Virus record (IMG/VR): IMGVR_UViG_3300007509_000009
Coordinates: 1-50,942 of that record
Reading direction: 5' to 3' (one strand)
DNA length: 50,942 bases
Origin: a virus
Taxonomy: Duplodnaviria > Caudoviricetes
Under the pieces are notes generated by a model. That model made no database searches, was not told the DNA's origin, and was given only the letters and a program-made list of their open reading frames with translations. Position 1 is the first letter of the stretch; every line of letters begins with the position of its first letter. Of this stretch, positions 9,558 through 17,200 are shown in pieces. A program made the translations under genes and the position numbers.

Positions 9558-10415
9558 TTAGTCCGCCGTCAGAGCCGAGCCATCATGGTCCATGACTACC
9601 ACGCCGCTGTTCTGCAGCAGCTTGGAGCCCATGTAGATGGTGGTTCTTGCCCATGAGCGGTCTTGCTCTTCATCGTAACCAACGCGTGCGTCAATTCCCG
9701 CCACGTTGGCCGCGTGGCCAATGGCGTTCTTGTGGAACATGAAGCACTTCTCTGCACTGGTCCCGACGCCCGGCACGTTGGGGTGAACGATCCACTTAAT
9801 GCCCATCCACATGTAGTAGCCGGGCAGGTCGCTCCAGTCCATCTCGCCAGATTCGAGCGGCTTCTTGGTGACATAGTCACTGTTGCCAAACTCTTTCACC
9901 TGGTTGATGTACGCCTCAAAGGCCGGAGAAATAAGCGCACAGATCTGGCCGTCAAACGGCACCTCTGCTACGCCAAGAATGGTTTTCGCACGCGTGACCA
10001 GGTCCAGGTTCGCAGGCACGCCTGCGCCGGAGTTCACCGTCACCGTGCCCGTGTTCAGGGCGGTGATGATGTCATCGTCGATAGTGCGATTGATTACGCC
10101 CATCGAGGTCATCTGCATGATGCGCCGCTGGTCTCCCTGCGACTCGAAAACATTGAAACCGGACTTGCGAACCAGGTCATGGTTCTCAGTCAGGGTTGCG
10201 GTCAACTGGGTGTTGTTGTCCGCTCGGGCGGTGATGTCACCGTCCAGACCGCGTGTCACTGCGGTCGCACCGCCAGAGTCAGCTACCAGGAACGTCGCTT
10301 GGTTGCCCTTGAATTGCGCTTCGGTCGTAACCGCATCACGCAACAGGGACTGCCGCTGCTCGAACCCGTGGATGTACTCCTGGCGATATTGGATCTGTGG
10401 GGCGTTGTCCGCCAT
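9558..10415 (-). CDS. Major capsid protein, 285 aa
   Basis: QYRQEYIHGFEQRQSLLR N-terminus; INRTIDDDII, WMGIKWIVHP and HKNAIGHA motifs; AGGAG RBS; synteny. Confidence 0.88.
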   Translation of the reverse strand: MADNAPQIQYRQEYIHGFEQRQSLLRDAVTTEAQFKGNQATFLVADSGGATAVTRGLDGDITARADNNTQLTATLTENHDLVRKSGFNVFESQGDQRRIMQMTSMGVINRTIDDDIITALNTGTVTVNSGAGVPANLDLVTRAKTILGVAEVPFDGQICALISPAFEAYINQVKEFGNSDYVTKKPLESGEMDWSDLPGYYMWMGIKWIVHPNVPGVGTSAEKCFMFHKNAIGHAANVAGIDARVGYDEEQDRSWARTTIYMGSKLLQNSGVVVMDHDGSALTAD

Positions 10416-10429
10416 GATTCCAATCTCCT

Positions 10430-10590
10430 ATGTACTAACGAAGTTTGGTGCATCAGGCTTCGGGTGGCCGCATTGCTGTTTCCATCTGGGGGGTCCTTGC
10501 GGGGCCAGACTTTCACGGCTGCGGGGCGTTGCCGCTACATCGGTAAGGTCGTTGCCGGGCCTGTTGCCAGGGGTATCGGCTAACCTTGAG
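10430..10590 (-). ncRNA. Candidate structured 5' leader RNA of the capsid gene
   Basis: About 170-nt non-coding leader with three GCAA-capped stems (CCUG-GCAA-CAGG, GCG-GCAA-CGC, CC-GCAA-GG) nested in AAGGUU/GACCUU, GCCG/CGGC, UCUGG/CCAGA and CCGCA/UGCGG helices. Confidence 0.6.
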
Positions 10591-10595
10591 AACGC

Positions 10596-10623
10596 ATTCT
10601 ACGGGGGGCGGGCCTCGTGTCAA
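10596..10623 (-). promoter_or_regulatory. Sigma70-type promoter for the capsid operon
   Basis: TTGACA-16 nt-TAGAAT on the minus strand. Confidence 0.7.
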
Positions 10624-10723
10624 GTGCCCGCCCACCCCACTTAGCTGCTGAGGCTTGCCATGCGGGGACTGCAGGGCGGGCGGCTAATTCTAGCACGCGC
10701 TGCTAACAAAACGCTCCCCACAT

Positions 10724-10930
10724 TCAATCCGCTTCGAGCAACTCGATTTTCTTTTGCAGATAGTGCGCGGCCTTCAAGAGATCCGTTTTCCGGTCACCCT
10801 TGGATCTGAGAAGATACTTGATTACATTGCCCTCGAAAAAGTCGAGGTCGTATTCTTCTATGACGTCCCAGGGTTGGATGGCACGCAGCCGATAGTGATC
10901 GCCGCCGACCTGCGTGTCGCTCGCGCTCAT
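10724..10930 (-). CDS. DUF3310 / T7 gp1.7-like putative nucleotide kinase, 68 aa
   Basis: QVGGDHY...IQPWD...FFEGNVIKY...DLLKAAHYL; ATGA overlap with the upstream stop. Confidence 0.85.
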   Translation of the reverse strand: MSASDTQVGGDHYRLRAIQPWDVIEEYDLDFFEGNVIKYLLRSKGDRKTDLLKAAHYLQKKIELLEAD

Positions 10931-11172
10931 TTTACTTCTCTCAAACCGGCCCGCGACAGATAATCGACCAGCTCGGTCATCAGCTCCAGGTGCATAGCCA
11001 CCAACGCGAGCCAGCAATCATTCAGATCGACAGGACCCTCCGGCCCATCAGCGGCCACCCCGCTAAGGTCCAGGTCCTCCAAAGACATCAGCACACTGAG
11101 ACTGCTCGACAGCGAATCGTGAAATCCTTGTAGGCCATCGTACTGCTGCTGGACCAGCTTCATATCAATCAT
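10927..11172 (-). CDS. Hypothetical acidic protein, 81 aa
   Basis: Overlaps both neighbours in operon fashion. Confidence 0.6.
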   Translation of the reverse strand: MIDMKLVQQQYDGLQGFHDSLSSSLSVLMSLEDLDLSGVAADGPEGPVDLNDCWLALVAMHLELMTELVDYLSRAGLREVK

Positions 11173-12388
11173 TGCTTCTCACCCTCACGATGCTGGCAAC
11201 ATGCCGTTCCACCTCGCCGAACTCCCGGTGGTGGACGATGGCGTTCATTTCGCGCATGGCTCGGTATCCCTTTGCATTGGTCCAGGCGTCTTTCGCCGCC
11301 AGTGTCCTGAAAAACTCGACCCCCACCCCGGACGGTTCGTGCTTCCGCTGGGTGTGGAAGTGGCCCAAATACCAATACCGGAACTCTGTTGCCGCCCACT
11401 CTTGGGGGCAGTCCTGAGCCAGGATTCCCGGCAGCTCTTGGATCTTCACATCATGTCCGTGGGTTGATCCGATCAGGCTTTTACCGAACTGATAGTACCA
11501 AAATGGATTGGGTGACGCGTCCACTTTGACCCTCGGCTCTTTCTCGTAGAACGCGTCCAGGATGAGTGCCAGCGCGTGACTGGTGTGATCGTCGTGGTTG
11601 CCAATGTTGTTGCGGACGATGACCTTCTTGTGCTTTTTGAGCGCGGCCTCGATGCAGGCCCGCATCGTCGCTGCGCCCATTCTCATCACGCGAGGCCACC
11701 GTGTATCAACATCCAACGGGTTTTTGCCTCGTGTAGTTACGTTCTGCTGATTGTCGGCGTGGAAAAAATCGCCCAGGTTCAGGATGATGGCCAGATCGCT
11801 AGGCGGGGCCGCTTCCGCCAATCGCGTCGTTGCAGAGATCAGATCTTGCGCCGCGATGTCAGTGTCAAAATCTTCGCCGGCTTCTTCTCCCCAAGCGTAC
11901 ATCCCCAGGTGGGGGTCGCCCATAACGTAACAGGTCAGCCGATCTTTGGAGGAGACCTTGGGCACCTTGACTTTTTTGGCTACTCCCCGGACTTCATCAG
12001 CAAGCTCCATAGCAAACGCACGCATCTGCTCAGCCTTTTGCTGCTCTTCAACCTGAGTCTTGTTCCACTGAATGATTACGTTGCCGTCAGCGTCGTAAAG
12101 CGTGGATGTACCTTTGACGAAATAGCCGGGGGCCGCCGCGTGGGTCATGTCGTGCGCGGGAGAGAATCCTCGCTTTGTGGCGCGGGCACGCACTTGCCCC
12201 ACGGCATCCGTGACGGTGGTGTGAGAGATCCCCATGGCTTTAGCCGCTGCGCGTGTCGTGCCGTGTTTGATCAGCATCTCAATCTTTTCGCGCTGCTTCG
12301 GCGTGGGCTCGCCGTATTCCAGCAACAGCCCCAGTTCCCTGGGATCATGCGATGCCGGGTGGCTTAAATGTGGTGAAGGCTTCGTCAT
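11165..12388 (-). CDS. HTH-fused calcineurin-like metallophosphoesterase, 407 aa
   Basis: HGTTRAAAKAMGISHTTV (HTH); GDPHLG, LGDFFH, GNHD, THGH and GHFH metallophosphoesterase motifs. Confidence 0.88.
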   Translation of the reverse strand: MTKPSPHLSHPASHDPRELGLLLEYGEPTPKQREKIEMLIKHGTTRAAAKAMGISHTTVTDAVGQVRARATKRGFSPAHDMTHAAAPGYFVKGTSTLYDADGNVIIQWNKTQVEEQQKAEQMRAFAMELADEVRGVAKKVKVPKVSSKDRLTCYVMGDPHLGMYAWGEEAGEDFDTDIAAQDLISATTRLAEAAPPSDLAIILNLGDFFHADNQQNVTTRGKNPLDVDTRWPRVMRMGAATMRACIEAALKKHKKVIVRNNIGNHDDHTSHALALILDAFYEKEPRVKVDASPNPFWYYQFGKSLIGSTHGHDVKIQELPGILAQDCPQEWAATEFRYWYLGHFHTQRKHEPSGVGVEFFRTLAAKDAWTNAKGYRAMREMNAIVHHREFGEVERHVASIVRVRSND

Positions 12389-12485
12389 GATTTCACCCGA
12401 AGCCCAATATGCACGGCGCTCGAATCGACCATACTACTTTCCTTGGCGAGGGAGCGAGTGGCGATAGTACCAAGGAATCTGCGCC

Positions 12486-12510
12486 AAAAAGAAGGGGCCC
12501 GAAGGCCCCT
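12486..12510 (-). terminator. Intrinsic terminator with UUCG loop
   Basis: AGGGGCC-TTCG-GGCCCCT-TCTTTTT on the minus strand; the preceding 12-bp stem (12520-12561) also has a U tail. Confidence 0.85.
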
Positions 12511-12650
12511 GAAAAAGATCGGGGTCCTGGCCGACAGTGGGAAGTAAGAGCCAGGACCCCGGGGGCTCAGGCAAACAAACCAGCGAAAACCCGAGCCGTG
12601 AGCCTGCCTACTGGGGGGCTACCGTGGGAGGACGGTGCTGCAGGCTCGCC
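12486..12650 (-). ncRNA. Candidate multi-hairpin antisense small RNA, about 160 nt
   Basis: Own promoter upstream, three GC-rich stems with pyrimidine-rich loops (CCUCCC; UUUUCGCUGGUUUGUUUG; UCUUACUUCCCACUGUCG) and U-tailed terminator hairpins; no credible ORF. Confidence 0.75.
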
Positions 12651-12653
12651 CCG

Positions 12654-12683
12654 ACCTTACTCTTGCCGACGCGGATAGGTCAA
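12654..12683 (-). promoter_or_regulatory. Putative sigma70 promoter of the sRNA
   Basis: TTGACC-18 nt-TAAGGT on the minus strand, just past the stop of the C1q-like gene. Confidence 0.5.
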
Positions 12684-12687
12684 CAGC

Positions 12688-13374
12688 CTATCTGATCCGG
12701 TGTATGAAAAACGCTGTCTCCCCAGTTTCCGTGGACACGTCTGTGGAGTCGCTGACGTCAGCGCGCCATCGAACGACCTCGCCTGCTGACAGGCTGATAA
12801 TGCCCGCTGCCGACAGCCCACCGCCGCCACTCGTCTCGCGCTGGTAGTCCTGGCCACGGATTGGCGGGGCCGGCTCTATCCACGTGCCGGAGCCCTGATC
12901 TCTCTGAATGAAGGCAAACGCCCGAGAGCGCGTTGCCCCTCCGCTGCCGTCGTCGTTAATTGGCATGTTAAGGCTAACATGATAATAGCCGGCGTCGGTG
13001 ACAGTAACCTCTCCAGAACTCAGCGCATAGTTGGCGTCCGGGTCAAACGCTTCCGAATCGAAAACGAGCGTGGCCTCGGTAGTGCTCAGATTCTGCGAGC
13101 CGGTGATCTCAAAGCCGGCTGGCTTTGCATCTACCCCGCTGCCAAGGGCGGCGATGGCCTGCTTCACCCGCTCGGGGCTCCACGTGCGTAGTGCCGTCTC
13201 GGTGCCCGCTTCGGCCTCTACTTGGGTGACATCGGGGGAGCTGATGGAGACCCAGGATGTGCCGTCCCAGCGCACCATGTCGCCAGTGGTCCCGACAGGA
13301 AGGACCTGCCCAGTCCCCTTCAGCGTCTGAAGGTACTCGGCAATCCACCGTGCATCTACTTCCTCAAGCGCCAT
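12688..13374 (-). CDS. Short fibre-like protein with C-terminal C1q/TNF-like domain, 228 aa
   Basis: TQVEAEAGTETALRTWSPERVKQAI fibre repeat; LVFDSEAFD...TVTDAGYYHVS...ISLSAGEVV...FFIHRI C1q-like pattern. Confidence 0.7.
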   Translation of the reverse strand: MALEEVDARWIAEYLQTLKGTGQVLPVGTTGDMVRWDGTSWVSISSPDVTQVEAEAGTETALRTWSPERVKQAIAALGSGVDAKPAGFEITGSQNLSTTEATLVFDSEAFDPDANYALSSGEVTVTDAGYYHVSLNMPINDDGSGGATRSRAFAFIQRDQGSGTWIEPAPPIRGQDYQRETSGGGGLSAAGIISLSAGEVVRWRADVSDSTDVSTETGETAFFIHRIR

Positions 13375-13541
13375 GAGTACCTCAAACGGTCTCCGTTAAC
13401 ATACCAGCGCACAATCTGAAGATCGACCAGCGGTCCCGACATGGCGCACAGGGTTGAGCAGAAGGGGGCGGTCTTGTACTCCATAACATTGCCGCAATGG
13501 TCGCACCGTCGTTCGTCTTCAGGCGGCGCGCTCTTCCTCAT
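13356..13541 (-). CDS. Small Cys-rich (Zn-binding) protein, 61 aa
   Basis: CDHCG...FCSTLC; ATGA coupling to the scaffold stop. Confidence 0.55.
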   Translation of the reverse strand: MRKSAPPEDERRCDHCGNVMEYKTAPFCSTLCAMSGPLVDLQIVRWYVNGDRLRYSWRLRK

Positions 13542-14497
13542 CCCCGGCGGGCGAGCTTCTGCTCCGCTTCGATGATCTGCAGGTACTCCTGCTGCATGCG
13601 CGTGTTGCCGTTGGCGTCTTTCGGGCCCTTCCAGTATTCGCTGCCTTGGCTCTTCATGGCCGTCTCAATGACGTCCTTGCGTGCCTGCATTGACTCCACC
13701 GTGGGTGCGTCCAGGCCGGTCAGGGTGCCTACGGGGTTCAGGTCGCGAGCGGTCTGCGCCAGCCACTGCATGATCTGGGGATCGTTCCCCAGGATGTTGC
13801 CGTCCAGGCCCCGGGCGGTCAGCAGCTTCTCGCTCAGCTCTTCCCCCAGCAGGTTGCCAATGGCGTTGATGTTGGGCCGGTAGTCGCTCTGCCAGGCCAT
13901 GCGTAGCTCGTCCACGCCCGCCTGCTTAAACGCCCGATCCGCTTCAATCTGCTGGGAGGCCTCCTGCTCGGCCAGGTCCGCGTACCAGCGGATCGCCTCG
14001 CTCGCTTGAGCCGGGTTCAGGTTGGTGGCGTGTGCAACGTCCTTGATGAACGACTCCACGATGCTCTCGTCGCCCTCTGGAAGAACTCTGCCATCCAAGT
14101 CCAGGTCGTAGCCCTCGGGCTTCAAAGGGATACCATTCTCCTCGCGCCATGCTTGAACCTCCTCGTCGCTCGCATCAGCAGCAAGTTGACGGCGCAGCTG
14201 GCCGGCAGACATCTGCTTACGCAAACCCAAGAAGGCCTCGGCCATCTTCTGCGGGGACGTGTACCGACTAAGGATAGACAGGCCGGCCTCGTCATCACCG
14301 GCCAACTGTGCGGCCCAGTCCTCTGGGAACCCGGCAGGAGCGTCAGTGCTGACCTCCTCGGTTCCGTCGATGGGGCCAACATCACCCTCTGCAGTATCAG
14401 TGGTCGCCTGATCACCCGCTGGGAGATCAACGTCGGACTGGGCGGAAAGGTCTACATCGCCACCGTCCATAGGATTTTCAACAGCCGCTTCTGCCAT
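13538..14497 (-). CDS. Capsid scaffolding/assembly protein, 319 aa
   Basis: Acidic disordered N-terminus; GIPLKPEGYDL, ELRMAW and LGNDPQIMQWL motifs; position between portal and capsid. Confidence 0.8.
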   Translation of the reverse strand: MAEAAVENPMDGGDVDLSAQSDVDLPAGDQATTDTAEGDVGPIDGTEEVSTDAPAGFPEDWAAQLAGDDEAGLSILSRYTSPQKMAEAFLGLRKQMSAGQLRRQLAADASDEEVQAWREENGIPLKPEGYDLDLDGRVLPEGDESIVESFIKDVAHATNLNPAQASEAIRWYADLAEQEASQQIEADRAFKQAGVDELRMAWQSDYRPNINAIGNLLGEELSEKLLTARGLDGNILGNDPQIMQWLAQTARDLNPVGTLTGLDAPTVESMQARKDVIETAMKSQGSEYWKGPKDANGNTRMQQEYLQIIEAEQKLARRG

Positions 14498-14500
14498 GGG

Positions 14501-14761
14501 TTACGCAGCCTCCCCGTCTGAACACTGATTAGCCTGCAGCACCGTGGTGCGCATCTTGTGGGCGATGCTATCCACGTCTACCGGGTAGGACTGTCCGAGC
14601 AGCGCGTTAGCCGCAAGCACATGTTCCAGCGCAGACTCGTAGTGTGCGCGGGCTTTTTGAACCGTGGTGCCGCCGGGCGCGGGGCCGGCGTTAGCCTCCA
14701 GCTCCTCAACCCGTTCGCTTAGCGCCTCTACCTGCTCTTGCAGTTGGGCCTTGGTCGCCAT
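14501..14761 (-). CDS. Small coiled-coil protein, 86 aa
   Basis: GGAGG RBS; heptad N-terminus. Confidence 0.6.
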   Translation of the reverse strand: MATKAQLQEQVEALSERVEELEANAGPAPGGTTVQKARAHYESALEHVLAANALLGQSYPVDVDSIAHKMRTTVLQANQCSDGEAA

Positions 14762-15068
14762 CTTCTGTCACCTCCATCAGCGCGGTGTAGTTGATCCGGG
14801 TGGTCTTCACGATCTGGGAGGCAACGTAACGCTTCCCCTCCGCGAAGGCCGTCAGTCGGTCGCCATCATAGCCAACATTGAAGCTGAGGTCATAAGCCCC
14901 ACAAACGTCCTCTATGATGGTTTTCATGGCCAACTTCTGCTGATCCGCGTCCGCTTGTCCGTTTATGCACGCCTCAATGGCTCGGCCCTTGGCAATGTTG
15001 GGCCTGCCGGCTGCGTCTTTGCCACCCCAGTCGAAGGGCCGAAGCGCGGGCGGGGGCGTTTTGCTCAA
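14706..15068 (-). CDS. BPP-1 Bbp19-like protein, 120 aa
   Basis: ADADQQKLAM...CG.YDLSF...TAFAEGKRYVASQI motif directly after the portal. Confidence 0.7.
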   Translation of the reverse strand: MSKTPPPALRPFDWGGKDAAGRPNIAKGRAIEACINGQADADQQKLAMKTIIEDVCGAYDLSFNVGYDGDRLTAFAEGKRYVASQIVKTTRINYTALMEVTEDGDQGPTARAGRGAKRTG

Positions 15069-16651
15069 CCAAGGACCCCAGCGACTTGTTGTGCGGTCTC
15101 AAGGTCTTGCTGCATTTCGGACTGCGCCTGCATCTCCGCAACTCGCTGCGCCTTCTCGCGCTCGGAGACGGTCCAGTCGGTGGGAGCACCCAGGCCAATC
15201 AAGGCGTCCTTGAATGCCTCGTGGAAGTCCAGCTCGGCGGCCAGCGTAGTGTCTGCCTGCACAGCCTGTTGGAGCAGGCCCAGGACCTCTTGGAACTGAG
15301 CGGTCTTCTCCGCGTCCTCTGCTGCCTGTAGGGGCGTCTCGAACTGGAACTTTACTTCCTTTCCGCGCAGTGCCTCGGGCAGGGTGTCCATCGGGCCGAA
15401 GCCGCCGAACTGCATGATTAACTCAAAGGTCGAGTCGCACAGGGCGAGGTTGTACTCGTCCTCCATGGGCTCGAACAGCGGCAGCGCCTGGCGGATGTAT
15501 TCCTGAACGCGTTCACGAGTCTCGGTGGCCGTCATCTGGTGACCCTGCATCGGGGGCAGCGAGATCTTGTTCAAATAAAACGCTTCCTTCATCGCGAGGT
15601 TGATGTCGTCTCGTATGTTGAACGCAACCGGGAAGGCACCCTTGTCCTGAGTGATAGGCCTCAGCGCCTGGCCAAGGCGCTCGTCGTAGTCCTGGTCCAC
15701 CCAGGTAATCCCGCCGGCAAACAGCTGCACGTCGGATCTCACCACGTTGTCCGTGGCCACCATGGGCGGGTTGACATACCGCTCGCCGGCCTCTAGCAGC
15801 GTCAGGGTGATCGCCTGGATTAGGCGAGCATCAGGCAACGCAACCATCACGGCGGGGCTGTGCGCGTACTGGGACCCGCTGTGCGCCCACCGGGGAACGA
15901 TGTACTCGAAGCGGTCCATGGGGATCGCCTCCATGACGTGCTCGTTCTCCACGTCGATGTGCAAGGAGACGTACTTGCGCCGCCCCTCGGGGTCGGGCAT
16001 CACAACGTGCCGGCACTCAATCTCGCGGTGCCTGCCTTGCTTGTGGCCACCCTCCCAAGCCTGAAGGATCTTGGGGTGGAGCGTGGCACCGGGTTTCTTG
16101 CCGAACTTCTCGATCAGCTGGTCAATGCGCGGCTTCCACTTGCGGTGTATCGTATCGACATCCCCGCTCACGTTCTCCTGCCAAGCGCAGTCCTTCAAGT
16201 GCCAGGTCTGGTACAGAAGCCCATCCAGATCGCCGTTCATAGTGATCTGCATCACGCACTGGCCAAAGGTGGAGAAGTCGTTGTCGGCCAGCTTGGCGGC
16301 ACGCTGAAACTTTGCCCGCCGGTCTTCCATGATTCTGAACTGCACGTCGCCGGCATAGTCGAGCCATTCGCGTGCCTCGTGGTTTTCCCACTCCTCTCGG
16401 GCGGCTCTCAGCTTGAACCACCGGCCACGGCGTAACATAGAGGACAGGGAGTCGGCCAGGTCTCTGCGGGCCAGGACGGGGGCGCTTGTCATGAGGTGCG
16501 ATGCGAACTCGTCCCCAAGGTCACGCGTGTAGGTGAAGTTCGCCCGCTCAGGGTAGAACTGCTCGGCCACCTCCTGCCACAGACTGTCCAACGTCGCCTT
16601 GTCGCTGAACAACTTGTTGCCCAGCCCAATGACTGTCTTGGCGTCGTCCAT
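15065..16651 (-). CDS. Portal (T7-like head-tail connector), 528 aa
   Basis: LWQEVAEQFYP, VPRW...YAHSPA..ALPDAR and MTATETRER motifs. Confidence 0.92.
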   Translation of the reverse strand: MDDAKTVIGLGNKLFSDKATLDSLWQEVAEQFYPERANFTYTRDLGDEFASHLMTSAPVLARRDLADSLSSMLRRGRWFKLRAAREEWENHEAREWLDYAGDVQFRIMEDRRAKFQRAAKLADNDFSTFGQCVMQITMNGDLDGLLYQTWHLKDCAWQENVSGDVDTIHRKWKPRIDQLIEKFGKKPGATLHPKILQAWEGGHKQGRHREIECRHVVMPDPEGRRKYVSLHIDVENEHVMEAIPMDRFEYIVPRWAHSGSQYAHSPAVMVALPDARLIQAITLTLLEAGERYVNPPMVATDNVVRSDVQLFAGGITWVDQDYDERLGQALRPITQDKGAFPVAFNIRDDINLAMKEAFYLNKISLPPMQGHQMTATETRERVQEYIRQALPLFEPMEDEYNLALCDSTFELIMQFGGFGPMDTLPEALRGKEVKFQFETPLQAAEDAEKTAQFQEVLGLLQQAVQADTTLAAELDFHEAFKDALIGLGAPTDWTVSEREKAQRVAEMQAQSEMQQDLETAQQVAGVLG

Positions 16652-16824
16652 TACAGGCCCCCGAGTCTATCGTCCTCGGACAGGGTGGTCACACGGGGGC
16701 GGGGCCGATCCTTGGCCGCCCTGGTGAGTTCCGGCTCATCCTTCAGGACGGCATTGCGGGCAGCACCCGGATCGTTAGGGCGCTTGCGCTTGTGGAAGAT
16801 TCCCATGCCCAATAGCTTAGCCAT
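16651..16824 (-). CDS. Small basic gp7.3-like protein C, 57 aa (not in ORF track)
   Basis: MAKLLGMGIFHKRKRP...RVTTLSEDDRLGGL; TGATG and TAATG overlaps at its two ends. Confidence 0.75.
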   Translation of the reverse strand: MAKLLGMGIFHKRKRPNDPGAARNAVLKDEPELTRAAKDRPRPRVTTLSEDDRLGGL

Positions 16825-17030
16825 CAGACACCTCCAAGGCGGAAGTCATCCTCGCCCAGGAGCGTATTGTTCAGGGCCGCCCTGCGACGTCGGCGGGCCT
16901 CGGGGCCCTCGTCAGTCACCTGGGAGCCGCCGTACTCCTCGAAACCTTTGTCTTCCATAGCCTCACGGGCCTTCTGTTTCTTGGACTTCCCCTGCTTGCC
17001 GGGGAGGATCTTGCGTGCGAGCTTACCCAC
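16824..17030 (-). CDS. Small basic gp7.3-like protein B, 68 aa
   Basis: Ends NTLLGEDDFRLGGV; coupled to neighbours. Confidence 0.75.
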   Translation of the reverse strand: MGKLARKILPGKQGKSKKQKAREAMEDKGFEEYGGSQVTDEGPEARRRRRAALNNTLLGEDDFRLGGV

Positions 17031-17193
17031 CTAACGGCTCCCTGCTGTTGTCGGAAAGGATTGTGGAAATGCGCCCAGAAGCTCGACGCTTGTTTGCGTT
17101 GCGCCGCTTGTCAGCCTCGATCATCTTCATGTCGGGCATGGGCTTGACCGGCTCAGGCTCGGGAACCTTGACGCCTTTGAACAGACCTGCCAT
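17023..17193 (-). CDS. Small basic gp7.3-like protein A, 56 aa
   Basis: MAGLFKG..PEPEP...SGRISTILSD...LGG; GGAGG RBS. Confidence 0.75.
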   Translation of the reverse strand: MAGLFKGVKVPEPEPVKPMPDMKMIEADKRRNANKRRASGRISTILSDNSREPLGG

Positions 17194-17200
17194 GGGGGAA

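Noticed and set aside
12486-12650. CRISPR mini-array or tRNA
   Set aside because: The stems differ in sequence (no direct repeats) and there is no cloverleaf, T-loop or CCA signature
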